A stretch of 63,474 nucleotides of DNA, the filler included, from Platydemus manokwari (Eukaryota): NCBI GenBank assembly GCA_037951405.1. It is 6 parts of 6 records of this genome, joined end to end, with 100 filler letters (N's around TTAATTAATTAA, not from the genome) between each part and the next. Parts side by side here need not be neighbours in the genome. Positions count along the whole stretch, not along the records: positions 1 to 10,135 come from JBBMOY011165213.1; positions 10,236 to 19,758 come from JBBMOY011237209.1; 4 more parts are not named here. One strand, written 5' to 3'. Shown here piece after piece: positions 1 through 13,200 of this stretch (the first letter of the stretch is position 1; each line of letters opens with the position of its first letter). Under the pieces are notes generated by a model. The model saw only the letters and a list, made by a program, of their open reading frames with translations. It had not been told where the DNA came from and searched no databases. The position numbers and the translations under genes were made by a program.

Positions 1-1736
1 GTTCAGCGTTATAACAATTTGTGTTAATAAAATACCTGCATAAAAACATGAATAACTTTTGACTCAACCTGGTATTAATTTGAGAAAGGTCACCCAACAA
101 GATTTATGAAATAAATATTCATGATAAAATAAGTTTATACAGCTATAAATATAAATTCTCTTTTAATATTGTTTTATAGTGGATTTCATGAAATTATAAT
201 CCTTAGGAAATTATAAATTCTTTTTCTTGTTGGAAACTTTATTGAGCACATCAATGCATATTCTTGCACAAGTTAGCAGATAAGAAAACCCGCTTACCAA
301 AAGAAAATAATCTGTTTATAAACTTACTTCAGAGATTAAATCTTTCGTAAATTTTAAAATTATGTGAAGAATATATTGTTTAGATTCTTTCGAAAGTAGG
401 GCTCAGAGACGAAAACTAAATGACATTTTATTGATAGCTCATGATAATCTGGGAAAACATTGAATTCAATGTTTCAATTCCTGTATTGATCTTAAGCCTT
501 AAATCTTTCCTATCTATATTTAATTTTAAAAACAAATATTAAAAATTTTGAAACAAAATAATGATGCGATTTAATAAATAAATTTTTCATTGCCATGTTT
601 ATACTTGGTGTGGAAATTCATATCATAAACTTTACTTTTAAAAATTTTATTTAGACGGGGTCACTCGGAACATATCCAGCATCTAAAACGAGAAGATATG
701 GTACTCATTGAATTACAATACCATTCTAGCTACAGAGATAGTTTTATATGATTTGTTCGTTAATTAAATTTGCTAACAAATCATCTTTCATGTGGGATTT
801 ATTATAGAAATCGATATTAATGGAAACTACTTATATTTTACAATTTTAAAGGGATCGATAATTGAATTTCAATGGTTCCGATAGATTTGTTTTCCACATA
901 TTGAATAATTGGTTGGTAACAAAATGAATTAATACCAGCTATTGATTTTCTTGTTAGGAATGTCGTCTGGAAATTTATTTTTAGGAATGTGATGAAATAA
1001 AATTAACATTCCAGTTGAAAACACACTGATATCAAATGTTGTCATTATTATTATTATGTCTAGGAGAAAAATATTTACCAATTTAATATATCTTACTGAA
1101 CAGTACTATAAGTTTTTGATTTTCAAAAATATTGCGTTCATAAAATTGAAAATTGAGCATTCTTTTAAAGAGATTTTGATTTTTTTTTATCACAAGGGGG
1201 TTGGTACCCTGTGTGATTTAAATCAATAAAAAAATCATTTTAAACAGAAGAATTAATTGCTACTCGTATATTATGCCTTCATGTAATAAAACCATATATT
1301 TATTTATTATTTATTTTATCGGTCACAGAAGTGCTTGAGTCTTGTCACCAATTAATCCAACAATCGCATGCGATCACTCATGGGGATACATGAATCCCTA
1401 ATCAACACATGGATAAAGCATTTTCTACTGATATTCATAACTTGGCAATTTCATAAAACAAAGGAGTTCCGATATCCAGATAGAATGCGAAGTGAAGAGA
1501 AAGTGTTAAGCAACGGATATTGAAAAAAACAACTCGAGAAATGAGAAACAGAAACATAGAATCTATGAAATCTGGAGCAAAAAATGAAATAGAAAAATTA
1601 AGTTCAGAAATAATAATAATATATCCCCATTTTGAGAAATGTTTTTCGAAAATAAAAATGTCACGATGAACCAGTTTAAAATTTGGAGTTTTATGGAATA
1701 CATCACGATAAATCTGTGATTGCAGGATCATTTAAC

Positions 1737-1828
1737 GACAAAAGACTTCAGCAATGAACATATATCGATTCTGTTACATGCTTCTAAGTCTCTTATTATG
1801 TTATTAAATATTTATAATTATTATTGTT
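1737..1828 (+). repeat. 92-bp direct repeat, copy A
   Basis: Ungapped match to 2361-2452 with 10 mismatches by manual alignment. Confidence 0.95.
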
Positions 1829-2360
1829 GCATAAGATTTATTTATTTCTAGGATAGATTTTGACCTGCTTGGGTATAGAAGCTTATGATTCGTGACGTCA
1901 TCGGCTCAGAAAAGGCAGGGCCTATTATAATGTTGCTTTCTTCTTTCACTCATTTGGGCTCTCTTGGGGTTGGAACAGTTTTAATGTTTTATAGATTAGA
2001 TGAAATCTATGAGAACATCAGTCGAGTGGAAATGCCAGATTTTCGCTGAGTGTTCAATGTTTTCCATTACGCATTATTTGACCAGATTTTGGATTTTTGT
2101 CTTTGGCATTCCAATTTTTAATAAAATTGCTTCATTTGAAGCCGGAAAAGCTCAATATTGAATTCTGGTTTCAGTTTGGCTTATTATATTAATTTTGTCC
2201 GATTCCTCGAAGTTTTTCAACGAATCGATTTGACATTTCATGTCTACAAGAAAAATATTTTTCTTCTCGGCATTGGTTATCATCAGATTTATACGTTCTT
2301 TGCTATTTGGTAACAGGAAGCACATTTGGTTGACCACTAGAATGATGTCTTTTGAACGAA
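1829..2360 (-). mobile_element. 5'-truncated, decayed non-LTR retrotransposon with restriction-like endonuclease (R2 group; NeSL/Utopia/R4-like)
   Basis: VVNQ...SKERINLMITNAEKKNIFLVDMKCQIDSLKNFEE matches the RPD..D.K/T.P RLE pattern in decayed form. It is followed by FPASNEAILLKIGMPK...NIEHSAKIWHFHST, typical of RLE-element ORF ends, then an approximately 170-nt 3' UTR ending in an A-rich stretch. Confidence 0.7.
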
Positions 2361-2452
2361 GACAAAAGATTTCAGCAAGAAATATATATCGATTCTGTGA
2401 CCTGCATCCAAGTCTCTTATTCTGTTATTAAATATTTATTATTATTATTGTT
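2361..2452 (+). repeat. 92-bp direct repeat, copy B
   Basis: Ungapped match to 1737-1828 (82/92 identical). Confidence 0.95.
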
Positions 2453-5400
2453 AGTATTATTGTTACTATTATTATTGATTATATTACTAATCTTTTATTT
2501 CGGCATTTTTTAGAACGATTAAATACAAAAAATTTTCAATAATCAAAATTATTGATTTTCTCTCATTGCTCTAAAAAATAAAATTTTATTCAATGTCAAC
2601 AAGTAATAATAATACTAATAATAATAATGCTATTAATAATAATTGATATTTTTCAAATTTTAAAAGATTATTTGATTCAATCGATTGTTTCGTTCTTTAT
2701 ATTAACCCATTTTATAAGTGTTTCGTGTGATGAGCCTTCTAGTAGAGTCTAGAGTTCGGTGAACTTCTATCAGTAAAATTTTCTGATGTTGATCAGTAGG
2801 ACGGAACACAAAGACGGTCTATCGGTGTAGTATTCATTGGAATTCTCAATGATTCAATCCTCCAATCCCCACTCCAGTTACAATTATCGAATTTATGAAA
2901 TCTCAATTTAAATATTAATTCTTAAAAGATTAATTTTACAAAAATAAATTGTGTAATATTAAAATTTTAAAATACTTTTTTGCAATTATCATCATTTCAA
3001 GCAATGCGCAGAAACATTCATTATAAAATAGAAAGACAGTCGCGATTATCATTAGTTAAATTAATTCAAATGAGAATGATTTTCAGCTCTTCCCTTCATT
3101 ATTTGCCGTTAATGGATTTAAAATGGAAAAATATCTCATTCGGTGTGATCAGATTTTAGATTCTGTAATTTTTAGCTCGTTCTTTTTCTTCCCAGTGATG
3201 AAAGTATAAATTTTTGCTTTGTCGACAAAAAATTTATCAATCACTACAATATTTCATTTTGGAGAGAATTTGCTGTCTCCAATGACTGATGATCATAAAT
3301 GAAAGTTAAATTTAATTATTAAAAAAAATTTAATTGAAAAATTTTTTTCCCTCGTAATTTTTTTTGCGACCTCTCACTAGAAAAAACAAAAGAAAGCATG
3401 CAAGAGAAAAATGATTTTGTTTTTCATCAATAAATTTTTCAACACTGGAGAAAAAAATACATTTCTCAGTTGTTTAATCAAATTAGCTTTTATTTGTTAA
3501 TGATAATAAAAATCGAAAAAGAAAGGCAGGAAGAAAACTTTTCTTTTTATCTGGAGAGAAAATTGTTTTTTGAAGTTTGTTTCTTTTTTTTCGCTGTGGA
3601 TTTACATTTTCCGGATATTGGCTGTCAGAATTGACTCGGAATTGGATGTTTCACTCACCATTTGTGTGGTTGGCTTTACAAAATATTGATATTAGGGGAA
3701 ATTTTCCAAACTTTAGTCTTTTGGATTGGCGAAACAAAAATCCTATTTAAAAATATAGAAAAAAACAATGATAAATTATTTAATGGAATCCCGTCTATTT
3801 AGTTTGTTCGTTTTGAGGGATAATATTTATCTTCAATATGCTGCTGTTCATTCTAGAGCTATCAATTTCTTATATTACACTTTTTTGATATTAAACTCGT
3901 TATTAGTAGGATTTTCATGTCGAGGATTTTTGCAATACTGGTTTCATAGTTTTTTCTACTTATTTTTGAGTGTACTTTACGATTCCTTTTTTATGTGCAT
4001 CAAAATCCAGAGAAGAAAATGATATGAAGAATATCTAAGAATATTCGACCAATTTTAATGATCTGATGGTCGGGATCAAATATAAAAACCAATGAACTAT
4101 CTGTATTCATTAAATTTGTCGAATGATAAATATTTATTCGTCATTACTTTTGCTTAGAGATTGCCAATTTTCAAATTGCCTCATCAGGAGCAAAATTTTA
4201 CGAGCTGGATATTCCATTTTAAACGAACTCTATTATGCTGCATAGTGATTCGTTAATTATTTATGATATTTTTTAAAAAATTATGTTTTTTTAACGATTA
4301 TTTAACCATTATTTTCAGATTTTTTCTATTATTTTAAAATTCTCGATGATTTTTCGGTTTATTCTTATCAAGTGTTGACTTCCAGGGTTTCAGGTTTGAA
4401 GACAATGACATTAAAAATCTTCAAGGATCCAACACCCCTATGGAAGACTTTCATTGCCACTTGATTGACGCAGTCGAACAATTTCTAGACTGATTACAGA
4501 AACAAAATAAGCTTTCAAGGCGCCGATGAATCATGTGGCTAATTCATATAATTTTCGGCAAACTTATTAATGCTAGTCATATAATTTATTTAATGGGATA
4601 TTGAGATTTATACTGACTCATTATTCGTATTTAAATTCATGAAATTAAGATTATTTTTTACAGATAATGTATGCACAGAAATCTTTGGTCTGAATAATTT
4701 AATTCTTGATAAAAATAAAAATAATAATGGAATTAAATTTTCTAAAAATTTGTTTATATTTTTAAAAATAATCTTTTGACTGACAAATTCCGAGATTTTA
4801 TGAATGAACATTTCAAAACTCAATCCTTAAGTCTAAAAACAAATCAGTTAATCATGTGATATTTAGGTGGTTTATCATTGATTATCACAATTCATTTCTG
4901 ATATTGATTTAGATATGTATTTCGAATAAGTTTTCTCGAATTAAGTTTTGTGGTCCAATTATAGATTTTAATTCCAATTCGTACACCATATCGTTATTTT
5001 ATAAAGATATTAATGAATTCCAAAAAATCAAAATAAATTAAAGGACTTGATTATTTATGTTTTTGTAGTAATTTTTTATTATAATTATTAGTTAATTCGT
5101 TGAGCATCTTTTGGAGCGTAAAAATGTCTTAGCAATCTTTGTATTCTTGATTGTTGTTGAATGTCGAAAGAGATTCAAAATTACAAACAATAACCCTGGG
5201 ATGAGATTTACTGGGTTGTGTTCACCGTTGAGTAACACTTACGTTATCCCAATAACCAATCAGAGATTTGAAAATTAAATTATTGAATTTCTCCAAACCG
5301 AATTTCTCGAATACTAACAAAAGAAACCTACGTTGAGATCGGTCGATGATATCGAAGAAAACTGAAAAATTTCAGATCAAAATCCTTAAGTAAGACCCAG

Positions 5401-6289
5401 AATGCTTTAATGAATAAAATTTGATTTAAAAGATATTGATTGAAACATAAACAAAATTAAGACTATAAAATGATTTGACTCTCGGGTGACATTGCAAGTC
5501 TTTTAATGGATGACAACATTTGCGGATTCTAATCATGCTTTGTACACTTGTGACATTTTGATTGCAATATTTTTCTGAGTCTTGGGGTTTGAATCTTAGA
5601 ATTTTGTGTCACTATTGTGCTTCAGTGTGAGTATAGATTTTTTTGTTTTAATTAAATGTTATTTTTCTTACATTTAAGCCCTGTAATAATCTGACATTAC
5701 TACAAAGAATTTTATGTAGTATTTATTATTTTTTTAATTTTTTTATTATTTTTTATTATTTATTTTTATTTCTAATCACTAAAAGATATTTATTCACTTA
5801 ATTAAATAATTAATAATCATTAATAATAATAGTATTATCATTATTTCATAATCATTATTATTATCTCACTGATATGGAATAATAATAATTTCAAAAACTT
5901 TTCCATAAAAGTAATCCAAGCATTGGAATTTTGTTTCAGTCGATAAATTGAGAAAATCGATTTCTTTTATCTCAGAGTCAAATATAGATTATTGATTTTC
6001 TCTATTTGCCGTTCCAAAGGCAACTGGTGTCAATATAAATTAGATGAAGATTAAGTATTGGTTGTTGGATGAAAAAATATACATAAAATGGCAATGCCAT
6101 TCAGTGACCAAAATTACCCATTCAACACAGATTTAATTAAATACCCAATCAATCCGATAAAAGAAGGAATTAAAATATAAAATAGAGATAAAGTTATTTC
6201 TTTAATTAATTAAAATAGATAAATATTTTAACTGTGATTTTTTCAAGAATTTATCGGAATTTTTTGTTTAATATTTTCCTTATGAACAC

Positions 6290-6600
6290 TGCAATGAAAG
6301 TTCTTGCGGAATACAAAAATATATCATTTTTATTATTAATAGCATTGCGTTTAAGATTTTTTAATTCAATCTCTGCAAATTCTTCCGAGTAATACACACC
6401 GATTTCAAAGTTGTTTCTATTCATCTGTATTGGCCACTGTCTGCAATCCATCATTCTGTAATTTCCTTGACAACACATTCGAATTCACATTCAATTGAAT
6501 CAAATGCGTTATCACCTACAATTGTATGTCTATTTTTATTACTATTTCAGTTTGGTTCTTCATCAGCATGTCTCTTACAATGACTATTAAATATACTCGT
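6290..6600 (-). mobile_element. Decayed piggyBac-like transposase fragment
   Basis: Frameshifted translation RHTIVGDNAFDSI...KLQNDGLQTVANT/MNRNNF resembles the piggyBac core IxxDNxFTS...LxxxGxxxxGTxRxNR. Confidence 0.45.
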
Positions 6601-9600
6601 TTAATTTTATAATACTTGTATTTTATCAAGTTGATGATATAGCTTGAAAACCGCGATTTTTTCACATCATTCACCACTGTACTACTGGAAATTATTGGAA
6701 AGAAATTTCCTTCCAAATGGTAAATAATCTCGAAACAAATTGCGTCAAGAATCTTTAACTAACCAAGTAAATTAATTAAAATAATTGAAGACGAAACAAA
6801 AGAATTGTTTCAAATATAATAGTCATAGCATTACAATAAATGCCTTGTGAGAAATTTGTTTAAATACATTACAGTGTACTTTCACATAAAAATCAATAAT
6901 TCGGCTTCCATTTTAATCAGTAATATATAAGAATATATATAACATTAACAGCATAAATACGAGCTATAATTCCAATTTTAAGTATATGAGTTCGACCGAA
7001 ATGAAGCACAACCCAGATATCTATGATGAATTAACTGCAATTCATGCTGAACCGTAAATGATTGATGACAATTTTCAACTTTTGATGTTACTAATCAAAT
7101 AGTTCTAAACTTGTATTGTAATAAAAATAAATATTATTTATTTATTTTGCCTGTTGTGATATCGACTAAATATCTCTGTACCTTTTGTGTTGAATTTCTT
7201 CTTATTCTTTTCCAACTCATATTTAAGGAAATACTAGCACCTAACGTGGCAAATACAAAAAGATTGCGATTCGATTTTGAGAAGATCAATCCCAGAAAAT
7301 TATTAAAGATATGTTGAAGATAAACTGTATAGAGACGTTAGAAGATGTAGAGAGGGTTGAAGACATAAAGAAGATGGAAGATATACAGTCGAAATAGTGT
7401 AAGGAGAAGATAAATATATCTATTTCTAGAATTAAATATAGTTCAGAATACAAAATATGAAAGACAAGAATTCAATAACAGGAGAACTGGAAAAATCAAT
7501 GATTTTAATGATTAAGAATTCTATCCAATAATTATTGTGAGATTAAAATTTTAATTTAAATTTAATTTTATATAAAATCATATTTATATCAAATTAAATT
7601 TTTCCCATAAATATTTGTATATAAATAGATTTTTGGTGTCTTGACTTTCCAGTTCGTTTTTAATGTGTGGTTTTTAAAATAGTAGCGGCTAACAATTATT
7701 TTGAATATTGTTGTTCAAATACTTTCCCTGGTTGTCAGCCGAAAATTCATATTTTATAAATTTATTCCTTCTATAAATTGGAGTCGTGTCAGATGAATTA
7801 CACTGAACAATAAACAATAAAACAAATATCATATTACTCTTAAAAAGGAAAGCCGAAGAAGACCGGATTTGAATTATTTGACTTCACAATTTAAAATATT
7901 AAGATGATAGATATTTAATTAAATTATTAAACTGCTGAATCACATAGATATTCCAATCATATCTTATCGTGAAATTAAATTTTTATTTAAAAATATAATA
8001 ATATTTTCAACTGCTAATCGCTAAGCCTATCAGTTGGTATCTGGATTTGAAAATGTTTAATAATTTATCTCAATGACGTCATTTGCCATCACCACATATT
8101 ATCTTATTTCTATAAACTTTATATTCCAACTCAAGACAAAGATAAAGAACTGTCGGTAAAAACAAATGGAAGGAATTGATATTTACCTTATGTTGTTGTT
8201 TTGTAGTTCATGTTTGTGTAGTGAATATTAGATGAGTCTGTGAAAATTATCTGGCTCATCAGCTCTTGGGAGATTAGGTATATTGTTGACTTTAATTACA
8301 TAGGGATAAAAAATTGAGGTTGAAGGCGGCTTATTCATTAATTAATTTGGCTTTAATTAATAAATGCTGTAGGAAATCTTTGAAGGAAAGTACTATTTTA
8401 CAAATTGATGCGACATATATATGAGAAATCTATGGAAAACTCTATTAGATGTGTTTAGATATTTATATATATTTACAGGTTAATCGAACCAATTGTAATT
8501 TCATTTGTGATTTAAAGTCTTTTGGCTATCAAGGAAACTGTAAATCACAATTCCAGTACCTGAACTCACTCAATCTCGTCTGAAATTTAAATTTTCAAGT
8601 AATATGTTGTTTCCGAAATGTATTCCATAGATTTCATAGAAGCTCCAATTTCGAATCCACCAATGAGATTAAAGCTTTAGATATAAGAATATCGATAAAA
8701 TCAATGTATTGATATATTATTGATCAATCGATGTGTGATAAAATAATTTTCCAACTAAAATATTTGGTGATCTTCTAAAAGTAGCTAAATCGTATAATTC
8801 ATAATTCTATTTGATTTAATACATCGAGATAGACTATCGGAATCTTTTCCGGTCATAATTAAAATGTAATGGAAAGGACATTGGTCAAATTAAGTTCACA
8901 CGTCTTGATCTATATATCTCCAATAGCCCTTATTCATTAGTATTAAAGATACACACATTACTATTCAACTTAAAATCCAATTACTGCTTTCTAATACATA
9001 AGTGAATGCTTATTTTCTACCTCTTTCCTTCACCCTAGTCCGCTTGTTATCTATCTATAGATGATATGCCTTAATTATTCAACCGCATTTATCGCGGTTG
9101 AAAGCTGAAGCCAAGTTTTCCTTTTCTATATTTCCTTCTTTATTCGATTCATCTTGAAGGCAGACTGTTTTTCGTGATTTGTTATGCCTCATATTCCTCG
9201 CTAAATGAATTCCGTTTTATATGCATCTCAATCGTTTATTTCGCAATGAAAACTCCAACTTTAATGTTCCAGCTTTAAACATCAACATCTCAAGCCTCAA
9301 TCTTTAAAATATCATCCTTTGACTTGAACTTTAATTTCAGGTCGTTCCAAACTTTTGTCATAATTGTTATCGTCTACCGATTTAGTTATCTCATTCATTT
9401 GGAATTTCTTTCGATTAATTGTTGTTTTATTATACCCGTTATCATCAAATTTTCTATATTTCATCACTATTTCTGGATTCGAGTGAGAGACTCTTTTGAA
9501 TGTTTTCAAATGCCATTGAGTTAACTTCTCATAGTCACTCTTATGTTCAAGTCTTCTATAGTTGGACATTGTGGAATTCAACTGGAATGAATCTTTATTT

Positions 9601-10064
9601 TAATTGAAATTTAGTTCTTGAATAGTTCCCTTATGTTTATAGTGTAAAATTTTATAGAATACCTCCTACACTAACGCCCACAATGAAAGATAATAGAGTA
9701 CTTATTTCTCCTAAATCTTTAAAAAGTTTGTCCGACATCTCTTGTATTTTGTTGTACACTGTGCACGTATTAGAAAGGTCTTCAAGAACCATATATCTAC
9801 TTCTTTATTTGAGAGGACATATCTGAATTCATGTCACAATTGTTTGGCGTCTTTTATCAGCAGTATATTGATGTAATCTTTGGATATTGGAACCATCTAT
9901 TCGCACCGAAGGTTTCAAAATCAATATTTAATGCATTTTTTAAAGTTACCTGCAGAAAACTTCTATTGGTTTTTCTTTTGTGATGTCGACAAAACGTTTA
10001 ATTTGACTTATCATAAGAAAGAATAAACTCCAAAGTTATTTTAAAATTTATTTTCTTATTTGTC

Positions 10065-10135
10065 ATAATAATAATAATAATAATAACAATAATAATAATA
10101 ATATTAATAATAATAATATTATTATTATTATTTTA
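10065..10135. repeat. (AAT)n/(ATT)n microsatellite at contig end
   Basis: A run of AAT units switches to ATT units just before the spacer. Confidence 0.9.
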
Positions 10136-10235
10136 NNNNNNNNNNNNNNNNNNNNNNNNNNNNNNNNNNNNNNNNNNNNTTAATTAATTAANNNNNNNNN
10201 NNNNNNNNNNNNNNNNNNNNNNNNNNNNNNNNNNN
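10136..10235. other. Artificial contig spacer
   Basis: 44 N + TTAATTAATTAA (stops in all six frames) + 44 N. Confidence 0.97.
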
Positions 10236-10849
10236 TGCATCTCAATACTGGCCACATGTACCGATCTCAATTCAGAATCAATGAACCATGTTCTTGCCTC
10301 AAACATACCATTTCAGCCAAAAGATCTCACCACTCAGTACAAGCCATATCTGGGTAATAAGAATAATAAAACAATAAAATCAATAAGGCCCGAACGTAAC
10401 AATTATATCAGTCTTAAGGATTCTATTTAAGTTATACGGCCACCACTCTAGACATTATGTTCCTTTACTCAGTGAATTGTCGATAGTTTGAAGACTAAGC
10501 GGGAGGCACTAATAGAAATATTACAATAATATGTAATTATTAGATCATTTGCCTTCTTTATTATTAAATCTCGTTCACTAGGTTTTACTTTCAGATTTCG
10601 TAGCAGCTTGACTGATAATTTTAATTAAAAAATCATGCTTACACACTATTCTAATGTTATAAACATTTGATAAAAATATAATAACACACTGATGATGGTG
10701 ATAGTGAGACAAACTATATTTCCTAAGCAATGACGCGTTTGTCCTTTATTCATTTATTAAGAAAAAACACTACTGATGAACAAACCAAAGTTAAGGCTAA
10801 AATAAAAAATAAATTAGCAATAGCAAATGTCGTAAAATTTTAAGAGATT

Positions 10850-11160
10850 TTACCTCTCAAATTCCGGTTAAAGTTGCGATAGTTGTACTCCTTCGTATTA
10901 TTGAAGAGCGATGACCTTTTGCCAATCTTTCGATTATAAAGAAGTATTGAAAAATTGTGCTTTATAAATGAGATTGGTAAAAGGATTTGGTTTCTCCACT
11001 TCGACGATTGAAAATAGTATTCATGTGGCTCCAGTAAATACTGGGCATATATGGTAACTTACACAAAATACTTGTGAAGTAATTCCGATCAAAGTAAATC
11101 TGGTTTGTAATGACTTCTAAGTAAAATGTGCTGTCTTCCCCTATGTTCGAGTGAATATTC
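10850..11160 (-). mobile_element. Possible Penelope-like GIY-YIG endonuclease relic
   Basis: Broken frames give HICPVFTGAT and LQ*YEGVQLSQL*PEF, loosely like CxxCxxxYxGxT and LxxxExxxIxxLKPxLN. Heavily decayed. Confidence 0.25.
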
Positions 11161-13089
11161 ATAATGATCTTTCTGACATCAACTATTGTGATAATATAAG
11201 CTTGTATTATTTTAATTTATTGATAATTTTTATCTTAATTGATAATCTTTTTCCTCTTATGGTGTAATGAAGATTTTAATTGACAATTAAATCCCTGACA
11301 ATTATTTACTGATAAGAAATTTGATTTGCTGCCTTTTTCTAGTCTGATTTGTACAAAAATGATTTTATTATTTTTACCTAGACAATTTGTTATGAGTTAA
11401 ATTCATACAGCTGTGTATCAGCCCCCAATCCAATTAAAAGAAATAATCAATAGATAAAATTATTTTTTAAATTATCTAAAAATATAATAGAACAAAAAAT
11501 TAAATTTAAAAAATTAGAATTAGAATCTTATAAAAATCAATTCATTATTAAAGAAATACACATAAAATTGTCCCGAAGAATTTTCCACGACACCTGTTTC
11601 GTTCATTTAAAAATTCGATTACGATATTTACACGTAATTCTTACCTTTTAAATTTTACGATGCGATTTCGTTGTAATATCATGATATCATCCCATATAAT
11701 AATTGTTATTAACTTAAGCGGATTGGATCCAGTCTAACAATTCTTGTGCGTAATACTTAAAATCCATCCGCAAGAAATAATCTAAAACTAAGAACTCTTG
11801 CTAGTACTAATATGCTCAATCGTTAGTAAGTTATTTGCCAACAGGTCATCTACGGCACATGTGTAGGAGACTTAACTTTGAATCTTACAATAACAAATCC
11901 TACATAAAATAATGACTCCAATAATAATTCTTCACGGTTATTGTCTCATAATTCATAATTGTATTAATATTTATATATTTTCGAATTATTTATTTTTATT
12001 TTATTATTTATTTATTGGAGTCAGATTAAAAAATAAAACGGTTTAATTTCCATATTTTTGCAGCTACTCTGATACCAAATCTTAAATAACATAATAAAAT
12101 ATTATAAAAGCCATCAATATATTAAGCGAAATAACATAGATTGCATCTCTTACCTTAATAAGAACTCTTTGACTCTGATTAATACGACAGTAATAACAAA
12201 TATAATAAATTCAACATTGATAATAAACAATATACATAAACCACATTTATAATAAATATATTGATGATACTTTATGTGTTTTATTGTTATTCATTGGTGC
12301 TCAGTCTAGTATATGATTCGTTTTATCTATTTCATAATTGTTAAAATCCTATCTATCTCCAACAAGAGATTCGCTGTAATTTTCTACTCAACTGCTCTAC
12401 AAATTCTAAAGGAATTCTTCGGAACCTAATGCCATCTTCTTTAGTATTTATATCGAAATAGAACGCCACTTAGTTCTCTTTTCGATTGTTTAAGCTCTTC
12501 AAGTTACTATATTTGCTGCCTGTAAGTTGATTACATGACAGATCTGTCGGCTTTTATTGCAATTAAATATGCTATCTTATCATTCATTTATTTTTTATCT
12601 ATAAACTCAAATTTACATGCAGCCTACTAATCTACTAATTTTCAAGTGCTTGGTGGACTCAAATTATAGACTTCTAATTATTTACATTAAATAAAGGAGT
12701 AAACCATCGATAATGAGTTGATATTTTGAACCAAATTAAATAACTTGAATATAGCATCATTATCATTTGTACAGGAACCCTACAATTTGAAAAGAATTCG
12801 ATTATTCATGTTGACAATATTACATTAAATAAAATTTGTGACCAATAAAACTATTAAAACCCCATAATTATATGTAAGGAATATCCATGACAAGATTAAG
12901 TTAACTTACATAATCCAGAATTAAGTGAAGAAATCATACACTATGTTACATATTGTTTCGTAAAGATGGTCTTCTATTAATTCAATCCAATTCAATTCAA
13001 TTGAATAAACTTGAAACGTGACACTAATTATTCTTATCGACGTGCTTCCTTTTTCTTATTTACGGGTTGCTTAAATTCATCGGTCTGCC

Positions 13090-13200
13090 TTACAATTGGA
13101 TCTATCTTTTTGATTGGCCCATCTCATTCAAATTCAGGGATGTGGTCATGATACCCAAAAACTCCTGACCTGTCGAGTTTCATTATTCTAAATGTATAGT
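13090..13200 (+). mobile_element. Decayed Tc1/mariner transposase fragment
   Basis: YPKTPDLSSF resembles the WPxxSPDLxPxDF motif, with a WIG-like remnant just upstream. Confidence 0.3.

Noticed and set aside
1829-1865. Resemblance of the retroelement 3' junction (AAAATCTTATG) to flatworm spliced-leader ends
   Set aside because: The match is short and AT-rich, compared from memory only, and not followed by a splice donor or Sm site.
2725-2790. C/D-box snoRNA candidate (GTGATGA...CTGA)
   Set aside because: No terminal stem, no convincing rRNA-complementary guide and no host intron.
8820-9600. Possible gypsy RNase H/pol relic (GKDSDSLSR) and the 89-aa ORF at 9312-9581
   Set aside because: One weak motif, with no LTRs or other ordered domains.
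10180-10191. Recurrent TTAATTAATTAA as a biological repeat or CRISPR-like element
   Set aside because: It is always centred in exactly 44+44 Ns, so it is an assembly linker.
10727-10760. Minus-strand GGAC-AAACGCGTC hammerhead-like remnant beside the possible Penelope relic
   Set aside because: It lacks the G of GAAA and has no CUGANGA core.
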